Source of the DNA: an uncultured bacterium
GTDB lineage: Bacteria > Patescibacteriota > Minisyncoccia > Moranbacterales > UBA2206
Assembly: GCA_903831805.1 (NCBI GenBank)
Contig: CAIKZD010000007.1
Location: 7,886-71,885 of the forward strand
Reading direction: 5' to 3'
Length of the DNA: 64,000 nt
A program made the translations under genes and the position numbers. Below are positions 40,494-50,767 of this stretch, piece after piece (within the stretch, counting starts at the first letter, position 1; each line of letters opens with the position of its first letter). A model generated the notes under the pieces. The model ran no database searches. It saw nothing but the letters and a program-made list of their open reading frames with translations, and had not been told where the DNA came from.

Positions 40494-41948
40494 TTAATTG
40501 TTATAAGCGTTAGTATCTTTGGCGGCGGTATAATCGGCCACACTGTCCTCAGCCATATTATACTTGTTTATCAGATCTTTTCCAATGACCAAAACAATAT
40601 TGGCGGAAGAGTTGGTGATAATTTTGGCGTAATGGCTGTCTAAGCTGTAGGAAGCAGGGGCGGGTAGTTTGCCGGTCAATTCGCTCAAAGTGAAAGGCAT
40701 CGCGCCGTTAGTCAAATCATAAAGCATGCTATTCTCGAGGGTATTTTTATCCGGGGCGCTGAGGGTGATGACATTTTTATATCCGAAATTCTTTTGGAGC
40801 AAATTCTTGATGCGGAGGGGCACCGCCGCGTTGCCGCTTTGATTGATAATGGCGACTGTAGCATTTTCGCTGGCAATTTTGTCTCGCTTATTTTTTATTT
40901 CATTCAGATCAAAAATATTTTTCGCCAGCTCCTGGGTTTCGCTCCAATTGCCAACGCGGGGGATGAGCACGAAAGCCGGCAGGTTGTCAAAAGAGACATG
41001 GGAAACCTTGAGCAAGCTTTCACTGTTCCACGCGTCCAAGACAACATTGGTAATGTTAGCTGTGTCCAACTTCTTGACCAATTGTAAAAAGTCGCTCAAT
41101 TCTCCGTTGGAAATGTCCGTTTGGATATTGTTGGCCAGCGTGTCCAGGAGACTATTCAGTGCGACCGCATCTAGCAGCGTCCCGGTTGAGAAAGCTTTAT
41201 TTTTCACTGCCTGTAAGACTTGTTGCTGTCTTTTGGCTCGGCCGAAATCTCCTTGCGGGTCGTTGTGCCGCATGCGGGCGTATTTCAGCGCCGTGCTTCC
41301 GTCCAGGTGCTGCAAGCCTTTGGCTAGTTGGAAAGTTTCATAGCTATAGCCCGGTCCGGGATAAGTTGGATCTAGAATATCTCGTTCGTTCATGACATTT
41401 ATCCCGCCCAGCGTGTCGATGACTTTTTGAAAGCCGTCAAAGTTCACTACGGCCCAGTAATCCATATCCAAAGAAGTGATGGTCTTAATAGCTTTTTCCA
41501 TCGGCGCGATGGCTTGGATCTTATCCTCCGGATGGAGGCTAAGACCATGTTCGTACACGGAATTTATTTTGCCGGCGAAGTTTTCCTCGGGCAGTTCAAT
41601 GTATAGATCGCGCGGAATGGAAAACATGGCCACCTGGTCTGTTTTGGTGTTGATGCTTACTATCATGATAGTGTCAGTCAGATTCTTGCCGCCTTTTTCA
41701 CTGCCAGCGATGCCAAGGAGCAGGATATTGATCCGGCCGTCAGCCATGCCTTTCAGATTGATTGAATTTTGCGTGGCCAAGTTTTTGAAAGTATCCAGGA
41801 CCGAAGCTGTATTGTTATGATTGACATCGATTTTTTTCTCGACGGAGTTTATTTTCCACACAAAAAAAGAAGCATAGGCCGTCGCCGCCAGAAGGGCGAT
41901 GAGCGTCACCCCGAGAATGAATTTGAGAATATTTTTTTTCACAGGCAT
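40494..41948 (-). CDS. LytR-CpsA-Psr (LCP) family cell-envelope phosphotransferase
   Basis: N-terminal TM segment, INILLLGIAGSE...TDTIMIVSI...FSIPRDLY...VNFDGFQKVIDTLGGINV, and a C-terminal LytR_C-like region. Confidence 0.75.
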   Translation of the reverse strand: MPVKKNILKFILGVTLIALLAATAYASFFVWKINSVEKKIDVNHNNTASVLDTFKNLATQNSINLKGMADGRINILLLGIAGSEKGGKNLTDTIMIVSINTKTDQVAMFSIPRDLYIELPEENFAGKINSVYEHGLSLHPEDKIQAIAPMEKAIKTITSLDMDYWAVVNFDGFQKVIDTLGGINVMNERDILDPTYPGPGYSYETFQLAKGLQHLDGSTALKYARMRHNDPQGDFGRAKRQQQVLQAVKNKAFSTGTLLDAVALNSLLDTLANNIQTDISNGELSDFLQLVKKLDTANITNVVLDAWNSESLLKVSHVSFDNLPAFVLIPRVGNWSETQELAKNIFDLNEIKNKRDKIASENATVAIINQSGNAAVPLRIKNLLQKNFGYKNVITLSAPDKNTLENSMLYDLTNGAMPFTLSELTGKLPAPASYSLDSHYAKIITNSSANIVLVIGKDLINKYNMAEDSVADYTAAKDTNAYNN

Positions 41949-42069
41949 TTGTTACTATAATAATCTGTTTCCGGCTAATGGTCAAACTATGGCCGAATCA
42001 AGCCAAAAAATACTATTGCCAGCAGGATAAAATCCTGTTAGAATAGATTGGTAATCAAGCGGAAAAAAT

Positions 42070-42714
42070 ATGCAAAACGAGCCTGAAAACAAGCCTTTTT
42101 TGTCCGAAGAAGGAGATGCGTCCAACTCTTACCAAAGCGTGGGCGGTTTCGTTTTAGAGGTGATAAAAATTATCATCCTAGCTTTTGTCATTATTTTCCC
42201 CATTCGAGTTTTTTTGTTCCAACCATTTTTCGTGCAAGGAGCTTCCATGGAGCCGAATTTTGAAGACGGACAATATTTGATTGTGAATGAATTTGGAGTT
42301 AAGGAAACGGATTTCAGTTTCAACTCACATGAGCTTTTGAAGATTGATCCTTTCAAAGAAATTCCTCGCCAAAGAGTGGTGGTTTTCCGCTATCCATTGG
42401 ACACGACCAAATTTTTCATCAAAAGAGTGATTGGGTTGCCGGGCGAAACGGTCAAAGTCAAAGACGGGCAAGTTACGATTTTCAACGCCGCGCACCCGGA
42501 CGGATTTGTGTTGGACGAGAAGAGCTATCTGCCGGTAGGACTGAAAACGGCCGGAGACTTGACCATTACGCTTAGTGATAAACAATATTTCATGTTAGGG
42601 GATAATCGCATGTTCAGTTCTGATTCGCGCTTTTGGGGACCGGTGCCAACGAGTGATATCGTGGGCGAAGTGGCTCTCCGAGCCTGGCCGCTGGATAAAA
42701 TTTCCATCTTTTAA
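42070..42714 (+). CDS. lepB: Signal peptidase I
   Basis: GASMEPNF (catalytic Ser), ...KRVIGLPGE... and GDNRMFSSDSRFWG. Confidence 0.8.
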   Translation: MQNEPENKPFLSEEGDASNSYQSVGGFVLEVIKIIILAFVIIFPIRVFLFQPFFVQGASMEPNFEDGQYLIVNEFGVKETDFSFNSHELLKIDPFKEIPRQRVVVFRYPLDTTKFFIKRVIGLPGETVKVKDGQVTIFNAAHPDGFVLDEKSYLPVGLKTAGDLTITLSDKQYFMLGDNRMFSSDSRFWGPVPTSDIVGEVALRAWPLDKISIF

Positions 42715-42761
42715 GTCATAAAATATATTAATTCAACTTTATAACTTCTAACTCCAAGCTT

Positions 42762-44150
42762 ATGCTTCGTAAAAAAACAGTTACTAGTCCTAAAAAAATG
42801 CCTAAAGCCGGCAAAAAGGAGAAGGTCAAGGAAGAGCCACTCGTATTGCAATCTCTCCGCGGCATGAAAGATATTTTGCCGGCCAGTCAGCCGTACTGGG
42901 AGCAGGTTCGGCGCACGTCCGAGCGCTTGGCGCGTGACTATGGTTTTCTGCGAATGGACACTCCCTTGGTGGAGTACGCCAATCTTTTTACGCGTTCCAT
43001 CGGCGAGAGCACTGACATCGTGGAAAAAGAAATGTACACTTTCACCACGCGCGGCGGAGACAAGGTGGCACTGCGGCCCGAACTCACAGCCGGCAATTGC
43101 CGCAGCTACATCCAGAACGGGATGCAAGTCATGGCCAAACCGGTCAAGATTTTTTCCACTGGTCCGGTTTATCGCTATGACCGGCCGCAAGAAGGCCGAT
43201 TTCGCGAACATTATCAAGTCAACTTTGACGCCTATGGGGAACAAGATTCAATTTTGGATGCTCAGATGATTCAGATTGCCAGTCGCTTGGTGCAAGCCTT
43301 GGGCATTAAAGCTATTCAACTGCAAGTCAATTCCATCGGTTGCCCGGTTTGTCGCAAAAGCTATAAAGATCTTTTGGTCAGCTATCTCGAATCGAAAAAA
43401 ACCCGACTGTGCCAAGATTGCAAAAGACGGCTGGCTACCAATCCTTTGCGTGTTTTGGATTGCAAGGAAGATAAGTGTTTTCAAGTCGCCGTTTCGGCGC
43501 CGCAATCTGTCGATCACTTATGTGAAGATTGTCGGGTACATTTCCGGACACTACTGGAATATCTTGACGAACTGGATCTGCTCTACACGATCAATCCGCG
43601 GCTGGTGCGGGGTCTAGACTATTACACCAAGACGGTTTTTGAAATTTGGTCGGCGTCAGAAGAAGGGAAGAAACTTTCTTTGGGCGGCGGCGGGCGCTAT
43701 GATAATTTGATGAAGGCTATTGGCGGAGAAGATACTCCGGCCATCGGTTTTGCCATCGGCGTGGAACGCATCATCGAAGAGATGAAGCGCGTGCAAGCCA
43801 AGCCGTACAAACCGCCGCGTCCAAAAGTGTTTTTGGCGCAGCTTGGAGCCTTAGCTAAGAAAAAAAGCTTGCGGATGTTTTCCGATTTGGAGAAGAATGG
43901 CATTTTGGTGGCGGAAAGTTTCGGTCGTGGCAGTTTGAAATCGCAATTAAAAGTGGCCAACCGCTTGGGCGTGGAAATCACCTTGATTTTGGGGCAGAAA
44001 GAAACGCTGGATGGAACTGTAATAGTGAAGAATATGAGTACCGGCGCACAAGAAACAATCAGTGCGGAAAAACTGGTGGATCTCATTAAGAAAAAACTCA
44101 AAACGGATAATGTGATTACCTATCACAACAATCCCGGTCACACGAATTAA
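42762..44150 (+). CDS. hisS: Histidyl-tRNA synthetase with a Cys-rich (zinc-ribbon-like) insertion
   Basis: LRGMKDILP, RPELTAG and YRYDRPQEGRFREHYQ. Inserted CPVCRK...CQDCKRR...CEDCRVH. Confidence 0.85.
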   Translation: MLRKKTVTSPKKMPKAGKKEKVKEEPLVLQSLRGMKDILPASQPYWEQVRRTSERLARDYGFLRMDTPLVEYANLFTRSIGESTDIVEKEMYTFTTRGGDKVALRPELTAGNCRSYIQNGMQVMAKPVKIFSTGPVYRYDRPQEGRFREHYQVNFDAYGEQDSILDAQMIQIASRLVQALGIKAIQLQVNSIGCPVCRKSYKDLLVSYLESKKTRLCQDCKRRLATNPLRVLDCKEDKCFQVAVSAPQSVDHLCEDCRVHFRTLLEYLDELDLLYTINPRLVRGLDYYTKTVFEIWSASEEGKKLSLGGGGRYDNLMKAIGGEDTPAIGFAIGVERIIEEMKRVQAKPYKPPRPKVFLAQLGALAKKKSLRMFSDLEKNGILVAESFGRGSLKSQLKVANRLGVEITLILGQKETLDGTVIVKNMSTGAQETISAEKLVDLIKKKLKTDNVITYHNNPGHTN

Positions 44151-44166
44151 AATCCAGAGTGTCTAT

Positions 44167-44511
44167 ATGTGCGTTTTTTGCCAAATAATCAAAAAAGAAA
44201 TTCCAGCCGAGATTGTTCATGAAGATGCGGAAGTTTTGGCGTTTAAGGATGTTCGGCCTGTTGCGCCAGTACACATTTTGATTATCCCCAAAAAACATCT
44301 GGCCAGTATTAATGATTTGACTGAAGAAGATGTTGGATTGGCAGGAAAATTGATCCTGACAGCGCGCACTTTGGCGCAGAAGTTTGACATTTCCGAGAAA
44401 GGGTATAAACTACTGTTTCGGGTGGGAAGTGACGGCGGGCAAGAAGTGCCGCACATCCATTTGCATCTGATCGGCGGCGCAAAACTGACTGAGGATATCC
44501 ATCCGGCGTAA
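44167..44511 (+). CDS. HIT-family (histidine triad) nucleotide hydrolase
   Basis: Triad HIHLHLIGG; N-terminal CVFCQII. Confidence 0.8.
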   Translation: MCVFCQIIKKEIPAEIVHEDAEVLAFKDVRPVAPVHILIIPKKHLASINDLTEEDVGLAGKLILTARTLAQKFDISEKGYKLLFRVGSDGGQEVPHIHLHLIGGAKLTEDIHPA

Positions 44512-44611
44512 GTGCGGGTTGGAATTAAAATTAACAATTGATAGATTTTGTATTAAACTTCATGACTTACGATGGGTAGCTCATGATTATAAATTAGATA
44601 GGAGGTTATTT

Positions 44612-44869
44612 ATGATTGAAGAAAAAAGAAAGAACAGAGAATCGACGGAAAGTTTGATCCGCCGTTTCAGCCGGCGCGTGAGACAATCCGGTGTTTTGAT
44701 GCAGGCCAGAAAATCCCGCTTCAGGACCAAGGATAAGACGAAACGCGAAATGATTAGCGGCGCGCTGTACAAAGAAAAAGTGCGCAAAGTGGTCAATAAA
44801 CTCAAGAAAATGGGCAAATTTGAAGAAGAAAACTTTCGCAACGTTAAAAAGAAACTCATTAAAAAATAA
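44612..44869 (+). CDS. rpsU: Ribosomal protein S21 (probable)
   Basis: A basic 85-aa protein with LIRRFSRRVRQSGVL...RKSRFRTKDKTKRE. AGGAGG lies 8 nt upstream of the ATG at 44612. The ORF track starts earlier, at 44519. Confidence 0.55.
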   Translation: MIEEKRKNRESTESLIRRFSRRVRQSGVLMQARKSRFRTKDKTKREMISGALYKEKVRKVVNKLKKMGKFEEENFRNVKKKLIKK

Positions 44870-44875
44870 AATTAT

Positions 44876-45328
44876 ATGGGTCTTAAACAGCAAATTTTAG
44901 AAGATTTGAAAACGGCCATGAAAGCCGGCGATACGGTCAAGCGCGACACTCTGCGCATGTTCGATTCGATGATCAAAAATGTCGAGATTGAAAAAAAGAA
45001 ACGTGAAGAGGGGCTGTCCGACGCCGAAGTACAAGAAGTGGCTATGCGCGCAGTGAAGCAACGGCGTGATGCGGCGGAGCAATATAAGGCGGGTGGACGC
45101 GAAGATTTGGTGGAAAAAGAAAACGCCGAAATCGCAATCCTCCTTGGCTATATGCCGTCTCAAATGAGTGAAGCCGAAGCGACCGCCGAAATTGAAAAGA
45201 TTATCGCGAGCCTCGGAGTCACTTCCAAAGCCGATATCGGGAAAGTGATGGGCGCCGCCATGGGAGCGCTCAAAGGCCAAATTGATGGCAACCTGGTGAA
45301 AAAGATTGTGGAAGAAAAATTGCAATAG
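44876..45328 (+). CDS. GatB/YqeY-domain protein
   Basis: ILEDLKTAMKAGDTVKRDTLRM...AEIAILLGYMP... Confidence 0.7.
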   Translation: MGLKQQILEDLKTAMKAGDTVKRDTLRMFDSMIKNVEIEKKKREEGLSDAEVQEVAMRAVKQRRDAAEQYKAGGREDLVEKENAEIAILLGYMPSQMSEAEATAEIEKIIASLGVTSKADIGKVMGAAMGALKGQIDGNLVKKIVEEKLQ

Positions 45329-45407
45329 AAAGAGAAGCTATAAAAAAACAGTACTATGTAAAAGGTACTGTTTTTTTGTGTTTCAGCAAGCTAAATTTGA
45401 TAAAACT

Positions 45408-46775
45408 ATGAATAATAATAATGATTTGACGCAAGGGGATATCGCTTGGCAGATACGGATGATTGCCATTCCGGCCAGCGTGGGATTTTTTTTCAATACG
45501 ATGTATAACGTGGTGGATACCTATTTTGGCGGACTGGTTTCCACTTCGGCTTTGGCGGCGCTGTCGCTGTCTTTTCCGGTTTTTTTCATCATCATCGCTT
45601 TCGGGATGGGCATTTCCACCGGCGCCACAGCGCTCATTGCCAATGCGCTGGGAGAAAAAGATGAAAAAAAAGCCCGGATCTATGCTTTGCAATCTATCAG
45701 TTTTTCCATCATTGTCGGACTGTTTTTGACCGTGGGTGGCTATTTTCTCGCCCCCTATCTGTTTCGACTTCTGGGAGCCGAAGGGGAATATCTGGCCATT
45801 GCCGTCAGCTATATGAACATCATTCTTCTTGGTTCAGTTTTTTTCGGCCTGACCTTTGTCATTAACGGGATTTTGAACGCCGAAGGTGACACGAAAACTT
45901 TTCGCAATTTTTTGATTGTCGGTTTTTTCCTTAATTGTCTTTTAGACCCGTGGTTCATGTTTGGTTGGTTGGGTTTTCCCGCCCTTGGCCTGCCCGGCGT
46001 GGCGTGGGCCACTTTCTTGATTCAAATAATCGGCGTGGCCTATATGGGGCGAGTGCTCATCACGAAGGACATTTTTTGCCGGGATTGTGCGAGCTTGTTC
46101 TATCCGCAGAAAAAATATTTTCAAGAGATTGCCGCGCAAGGTTTCCCGGCCAGCCTTAATATGCTGACGGTGGCCATCGGAATTTTCATCATCACGTATT
46201 TCATCGCCCCTTTCGGCCGCTCCGCCGTGGCGGCCTATGGAGCGGCGACCCGCATTGATCAAATCGCCCTTTTGCCGTCCATCGGACTTAATGTGGCCAC
46301 TTTGACTTTGATCGGTCAGAACAACGGCGCCAAAAAGTTTGCGCGTTGCGTCGAAGTTTTCAAAAAAGTTATGCGCTACGGTTTTTTTCTGTCTATAATC
46401 GGCACAGCGGCGGCTTATCTTTTTGCCCGCCCGCTACTCATTATTTTCACGCGTGACGAGCAAGTGTTGTCTATCGGGGTGCACTATCTGCACATTTCCG
46501 TTTTCATCTACTGGGCCTACGTCATTTTGTTCATGGCAGTGTCCGCCGTCCAGGGTCTCAAAAAACCCAACTTTGCATTGTGGATCGGAGCTTATCGCCA
46601 AATTTTGGCCCCGGTCATTTTTTTCTACATCTTCAGTCAGCTTCTTGGCTGGGGCATCGACGGCGTCTGGTGGGGCATCTTCACCATCAACTGGACCGCC
46701 ACGGTCATTTCGCTTTTCTATGTCAGGAAAGTGATGAAAAATATTTTCCCGAAGGAGGTGGCGAAAGAGATTTGA
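45408..46775 (+). CDS. MATE-family efflux transporter
   Basis: 12 TM segments. ...PASVGFFFNTMYNVVDTYFGG... is MATE-like. The ORF track begins at 45306; a Met at 45408 is more plausible. Confidence 0.7.
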   Translation: MNNNNDLTQGDIAWQIRMIAIPASVGFFFNTMYNVVDTYFGGLVSTSALAALSLSFPVFFIIIAFGMGISTGATALIANALGEKDEKKARIYALQSISFSIIVGLFLTVGGYFLAPYLFRLLGAEGEYLAIAVSYMNIILLGSVFFGLTFVINGILNAEGDTKTFRNFLIVGFFLNCLLDPWFMFGWLGFPALGLPGVAWATFLIQIIGVAYMGRVLITKDIFCRDCASLFYPQKKYFQEIAAQGFPASLNMLTVAIGIFIITYFIAPFGRSAVAAYGAATRIDQIALLPSIGLNVATLTLIGQNNGAKKFARCVEVFKKVMRYGFFLSIIGTAAAYLFARPLLIIFTRDEQVLSIGVHYLHISVFIYWAYVILFMAVSAVQGLKKPNFALWIGAYRQILAPVIFFYIFSQLLGWGIDGVWWGIFTINWTATVISLFYVRKVMKNIFPKEVAKEI

Positions 46776-46937
46776 AAAAAGCAAAGTCGGCGGTTTTCAT
46801 TGACATATACTCGCTAGTGAGCTATGTTAGTTTAAACAAATCAAATGATTTGTTTGGTAACATTTCTTTAATAATTCGATAATAACAGTGCTTGTGCAGG
46901 TAAAAGTAGGTTAATTTTCAATTGAAAAGGAGAAGCT

Positions 46938-47477
46938 ATGGACACTATTGATGTTATGATTTTTATTGGCAGTGATTCTGATTTGCCGATAATGTCAAAA
47001 GCCGGAGAGGTGTTTGACGGTTTGGGTATTGAATGGAGAATGCGCATTACGAGTGCTCACCGTACGTCTGATCGTACGCCCGTACTTGTTCGAGATGCTA
47101 TGAATGCCAGATGCAAAATTTTTATCTGTGGCGCTGGTATGGCAGCTCATCTGGCGGGAGCGGTGGCAGCTCAAACAATTCTTCCGGTTATTGGAGTACC
47201 ACTAACTTCAGAATCATCTCCTTTGGGTGGTATGGATGCGTTGCTTGCTACGGTGCAAATGCCACCAGGCATCCCCGTGGCTACGATGCCAATCAATGGG
47301 GCAAAGAATGCCGCTTGGCACGCCGCGCAAATTCTTGCGCTGAATAACGAAGGACTATACCAACGGCTTGTACAAGCTCGGATAGACATGCAATATGAAA
47401 TAGAGTTTAAGGATGAAGAACTTCAAAGTGAATTGGCCCAAAGATGGCTGGCAAAAAATGCTAAAAAGGAGGCGTGA
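46938..47477 (+). CDS. purE: N5-carboxyaminoimidazole ribonucleotide mutase
   Basis: VMIFIGSDSDLPIM...SAHRT...AGMAAHLAG...VIGVP. SD AAGGAG upstream. A TTGACA-17nt-TATGTT promoter-like sequence lies at 46800..46828. Confidence 0.85.
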   Translation: MDTIDVMIFIGSDSDLPIMSKAGEVFDGLGIEWRMRITSAHRTSDRTPVLVRDAMNARCKIFICGAGMAAHLAGAVAAQTILPVIGVPLTSESSPLGGMDALLATVQMPPGIPVATMPINGAKNAAWHAAQILALNNEGLYQRLVQARIDMQYEIEFKDEELQSELAQRWLAKNAKKEA

Positions 47478-48422
47478 ATGAAAACAATCATTGAAACCAA
47501 TTGTCCCGATCTGACACTCGTACATCGAGGAAAGGTTAGGGATATGTGTGCGATTCCTGGACATGCCGACAAACTGTTGATGGTGGCGACGGATCGGATC
47601 TCGGCTTATGATGTGGTGATGAATGAGCCGATTCCTGGCAAAGGAAAAAACTTGACCCAGTTGTCTCTGTTCTGGTTTGATCTGTTGGAAGGCGTCGTTG
47701 ACAATCATTTGATCACCGCTGATGTCAATAAATATCCGGAAATTTGTCGGCAGTATGCTGATCAGCTGGAAGGTCGCTCGATGTTGGTGTGGAAAACTAA
47801 ACCGCTACCGATTGAGTGTATTGTGCGTGGCTATATTTCCGGTTCATTCTGGAGCGATTTCTTAAAAGCGCCGATTCAAGGTGGCTGTGATGGCTCGTTT
47901 AAATGGGTCAATGGCTTTAAAGTTCCGGGAAGAATATTGGAATCTGAAAGACTTCCGCAGCCGTTATTCACCCCGTCGACCAAGGCCGCATTGGGCGATC
48001 ATGACGAGAATATTTCTCTGGCCGAGGCTGGAAGAATTGTCGGAAAAAATTTCGCTGACCAAGCGGCCAAAATTTCAACGACACTCTATCAGTATGCGGC
48101 TGACTATGCCCTCCGTAGAGGCATCATTATTGCCGATACGAAATTCGAACTGGGCAAGAAAGACGGGAAATTGATGCTGATTGATGAAGTCTTGACTCCG
48201 GATTCGTCCCGCTTCTGGCCGGTGGATAAGTATAAGGTAGGATGTGGCCAGCCCAGCTTTGATAAGCAGTATTTGCGGGATTATCTCCAAACCTTGGTTG
48301 ATACTGGGAAATGGAATAAGAAATCGCCGCCTCCGGAATTGCCTTTTGCAATAATCCCGGAGACACAGCAGCGCTATGAGGAAGCCCTGCGACGCATTGC
48401 CGGTCCTGCCGCCGGTGTCTGA
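47478..48422 (+). CDS. purC: SAICAR synthetase
   Basis: GKVRDM...LLMVATDRISAYDVVM... Confidence 0.85.
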   Translation: MKTIIETNCPDLTLVHRGKVRDMCAIPGHADKLLMVATDRISAYDVVMNEPIPGKGKNLTQLSLFWFDLLEGVVDNHLITADVNKYPEICRQYADQLEGRSMLVWKTKPLPIECIVRGYISGSFWSDFLKAPIQGGCDGSFKWVNGFKVPGRILESERLPQPLFTPSTKAALGDHDENISLAEAGRIVGKNFADQAAKISTTLYQYAADYALRRGIIIADTKFELGKKDGKLMLIDEVLTPDSSRFWPVDKYKVGCGQPSFDKQYLRDYLQTLVDTGKWNKKSPPPELPFAIIPETQQRYEEALRRIAGPAAGV

Positions 48423-48452
48423 TGTTCAATTCTCTGTAGTACTTTTTTTCAG

Positions 48453-48497
48453 GCGTTGGAAGAGATTTTATCTTCCAGCGCCTTTTTATTTTTGCCA
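48453..48497 (+). terminator. Intrinsic terminator after purC
   Basis: GGCGTTGGAAGAGATTTTATCTTCCAGCGCCTTTTTATTTTT. Confidence 0.7.
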
Positions 48498-48563
48498 AAC
48501 GGCTATAAAAAGCGTAAAATAGCGGTAAGGAGTATATTCCTTACCAGGAAATAACTAAAAAAT

Positions 48564-49286
48564 ATGCCAAGGAGAAAATTAGAAACAGTGACGCTTCTGG
48601 GAATTGATTGCTTAGATTTGGATCGATTGGTTTTGGCAATGGATATATGCCAACGAGAATTGGAATTTGCTGAGGTAAAGATTCTTACGTCCCTGGAGTC
48701 TAGCCGAAAAGAAGTGGTTAAGATAGATCCGATAAATTCTACCGAAGGATACTCAAAATTTGTTTTGTCTGAGCTGGATAAATACGTCAATACTTCTCAT
48801 GTCCTCATCGTGCAGTATGACGGATTTGTTCTAAATACTTCGAAGTGGACGGATGAATTTTTGAAATATGATTATATAGGCGCGCCATGGTTAGTGGCGG
48901 ATTGGTCAGTCAAAGGTTTTGATTTTCCCGAGGAACTTCTTGGTAAGTTGGTGGTGGGCAATGGTGGTTTCAGTCTACGGAGCAAAAAGATGACTTCTCT
49001 TTGTGCGAAGATTTTCCGAGAGGGCGGCTTTCCAAGATTCCATCCGGAAGATACAGCGATTGGAGTATACAGTCGGAAACTCTTAGAAGACAGTGGAATA
49101 AATTTTGCACCGACTAAATTAGCAAAACAATTTAGTTTTGAATATAGGGACGATAAGGATAGTCGATGGAATGGCCAATTTGGTTTCCATGGTCTAAGGT
49201 GGACAGATATTTCAAATTGGCTAGAAAAAAATCCAGAATATGTTGTGGATATGGAGAATGGGGCTATAAAGGTGGTGAAAAAATAG
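48564..49286 (+). CDS. Hypothetical protein
   Basis: ORF track. No family that I can confidently name. Confidence 0.4.
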   Translation: MPRRKLETVTLLGIDCLDLDRLVLAMDICQRELEFAEVKILTSLESSRKEVVKIDPINSTEGYSKFVLSELDKYVNTSHVLIVQYDGFVLNTSKWTDEFLKYDYIGAPWLVADWSVKGFDFPEELLGKLVVGNGGFSLRSKKMTSLCAKIFREGGFPRFHPEDTAIGVYSRKLLEDSGINFAPTKLAKQFSFEYRDDKDSRWNGQFGFHGLRWTDISNWLEKNPEYVVDMENGAIKVVKK

Positions 49287-49306
49287 TTAGGATAAATTTT
49301 TATATT

Positions 49307-49408
49307 GTGAAAAAAATTACATTCGTAACCGGGAATCAGAAAAAGGCTGATTATCTGGCGGCGCATTTGGGTTTTCCTCTTTTGCACAAGAAGCCCAGAG
49401 GGCTATGA
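49307..49408 (+). pseudogene. Truncated remnant of a Ham1/RdgB-type non-canonical NTP pyrophosphatase (N-terminal ~33 codons only)
   Basis: VKKITFVTGNQKKADYLAAHLGF... matches the Ham1 N-terminus (I/V-V-x-A-T-G-N-x-x-K), then stops at 49406. Confidence 0.4.
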
Positions 49409-49734
49409 TATTACGCGAGCGCAAATGAACGAAGAAGATGACCGAAAAACATATTTAAGAATAAAGCCATTTCAAAAAATGAAAAAGTTTTTTATGGATA
49501 TGGATCAATCTAAGCCCTTTTGACATCCCTCTATAAATTGTGTAAAGTCAAAATAACGCTATGAAAAATAATCTAAATAAAAAAGTCCAAGTAGTCTGTT
49601 GCTGTCTCGAAACATACACTTCGAGAATTTTTTGTTGTTGACTTAGATAGCTTCTGAATAAATAAGTAAACCGGAATTCTCGAGATGATCGAGATTTTTT
49701 AATTTTTAAAACATAAATATATTAAATTAAACAT

Positions 49735-50625
49735 ATGATATACGAAAATATAATCGAAATGATTGGGGGCACGCCCATGATAAAAATCAACAAGCTCAAT
49801 CCGAATAAGAACGTTTCCATCTATGCAAAACTGGAGGGTGCTAATCCGGGTGGGAGCGTGAAAGATCGTGTCGCTCTCAAGATGATTGAAAAAGCAATTG
49901 AAGAAGGGAAGTTGACGAAAGACAAAATTATCATTGAAGCGACTTCGGGAAACACCGGTATCGGCATTGCTATGATTGGGGCGGTCAAGGGCTACGCAGT
50001 AGAGATAGTCATGAGCGAGTCAGCCTCCATTGAGCGCCGGAAAATGATCCAGTCTTTTGGAGCGTCGATAGTCTTAACCGATCCTGGGAAAGGGACCGAC
50101 GGCGCAATTATGAAAGCGAGAGAGTTGGTGGCGAAAAATCCGGAAAAATATTTCATGCCTGATCAATTTTCCAATGATAATAATATCGCTGCTCATTATG
50201 AAGCGACGGCTGATGAAATCTGGAAAGACACGGCCGGCAAGATTGATTATTTCGTCTCCAGCATCGGAACTTCCGGGACGATTATGGGAATTTCCAAGAG
50301 ACTCAAGGAACTAAGCCCCGATATAAAAATCGTGTGCGCCTATCCTGAGCGCGGCCACTATATCCAAGGACTGAAAAATATGGAAGATGCCATCGTTCCC
50401 AAAATTTATGACAAAACAAAAATTGACGAGTTCATCATCATCGAGAGTGAAAAAGCTTTTGAGGCGGCACGGCGCTTAGCCAAGGAAGAAGGGCTTTTTG
50501 TGGGAATGTCGAGTGGAGCGGCGATGCTTGCAGCTTTGGAAATTTCCAAAAGGATAGATAGGGGAAACGTAGTGATGATTTTCCCAGATAGGGGGGAAAA
50601 GTATTTGAGTACTAAATTATTCTAG
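49735..50625 (+). CDS. cysK: Cysteine synthase (PLP-dependent, CysK/CysM family)
   Basis: GSVKDRVALKMIE...EATSGNTGIGIAMIGAVKGY... Confidence 0.85.
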   Translation: MIYENIIEMIGGTPMIKINKLNPNKNVSIYAKLEGANPGGSVKDRVALKMIEKAIEEGKLTKDKIIIEATSGNTGIGIAMIGAVKGYAVEIVMSESASIERRKMIQSFGASIVLTDPGKGTDGAIMKARELVAKNPEKYFMPDQFSNDNNIAAHYEATADEIWKDTAGKIDYFVSSIGTSGTIMGISKRLKELSPDIKIVCAYPERGHYIQGLKNMEDAIVPKIYDKTKIDEFIIIESEKAFEAARRLAKEEGLFVGMSSGAAMLAALEISKRIDRGNVVMIFPDRGEKYLSTKLF

Positions 50626-50767
50626 CTAAATTTATGCGAAAGATCACATTAGTATCGATAGCTGATCTGAAGCCGCATGAACATATTATTCCTGAAAGAC
50701 CGATGAGAATTAATGTTCCCCTAGATGACCTTATGTAGGGTTGCCAAAAATCCCAACAACAAGCATA

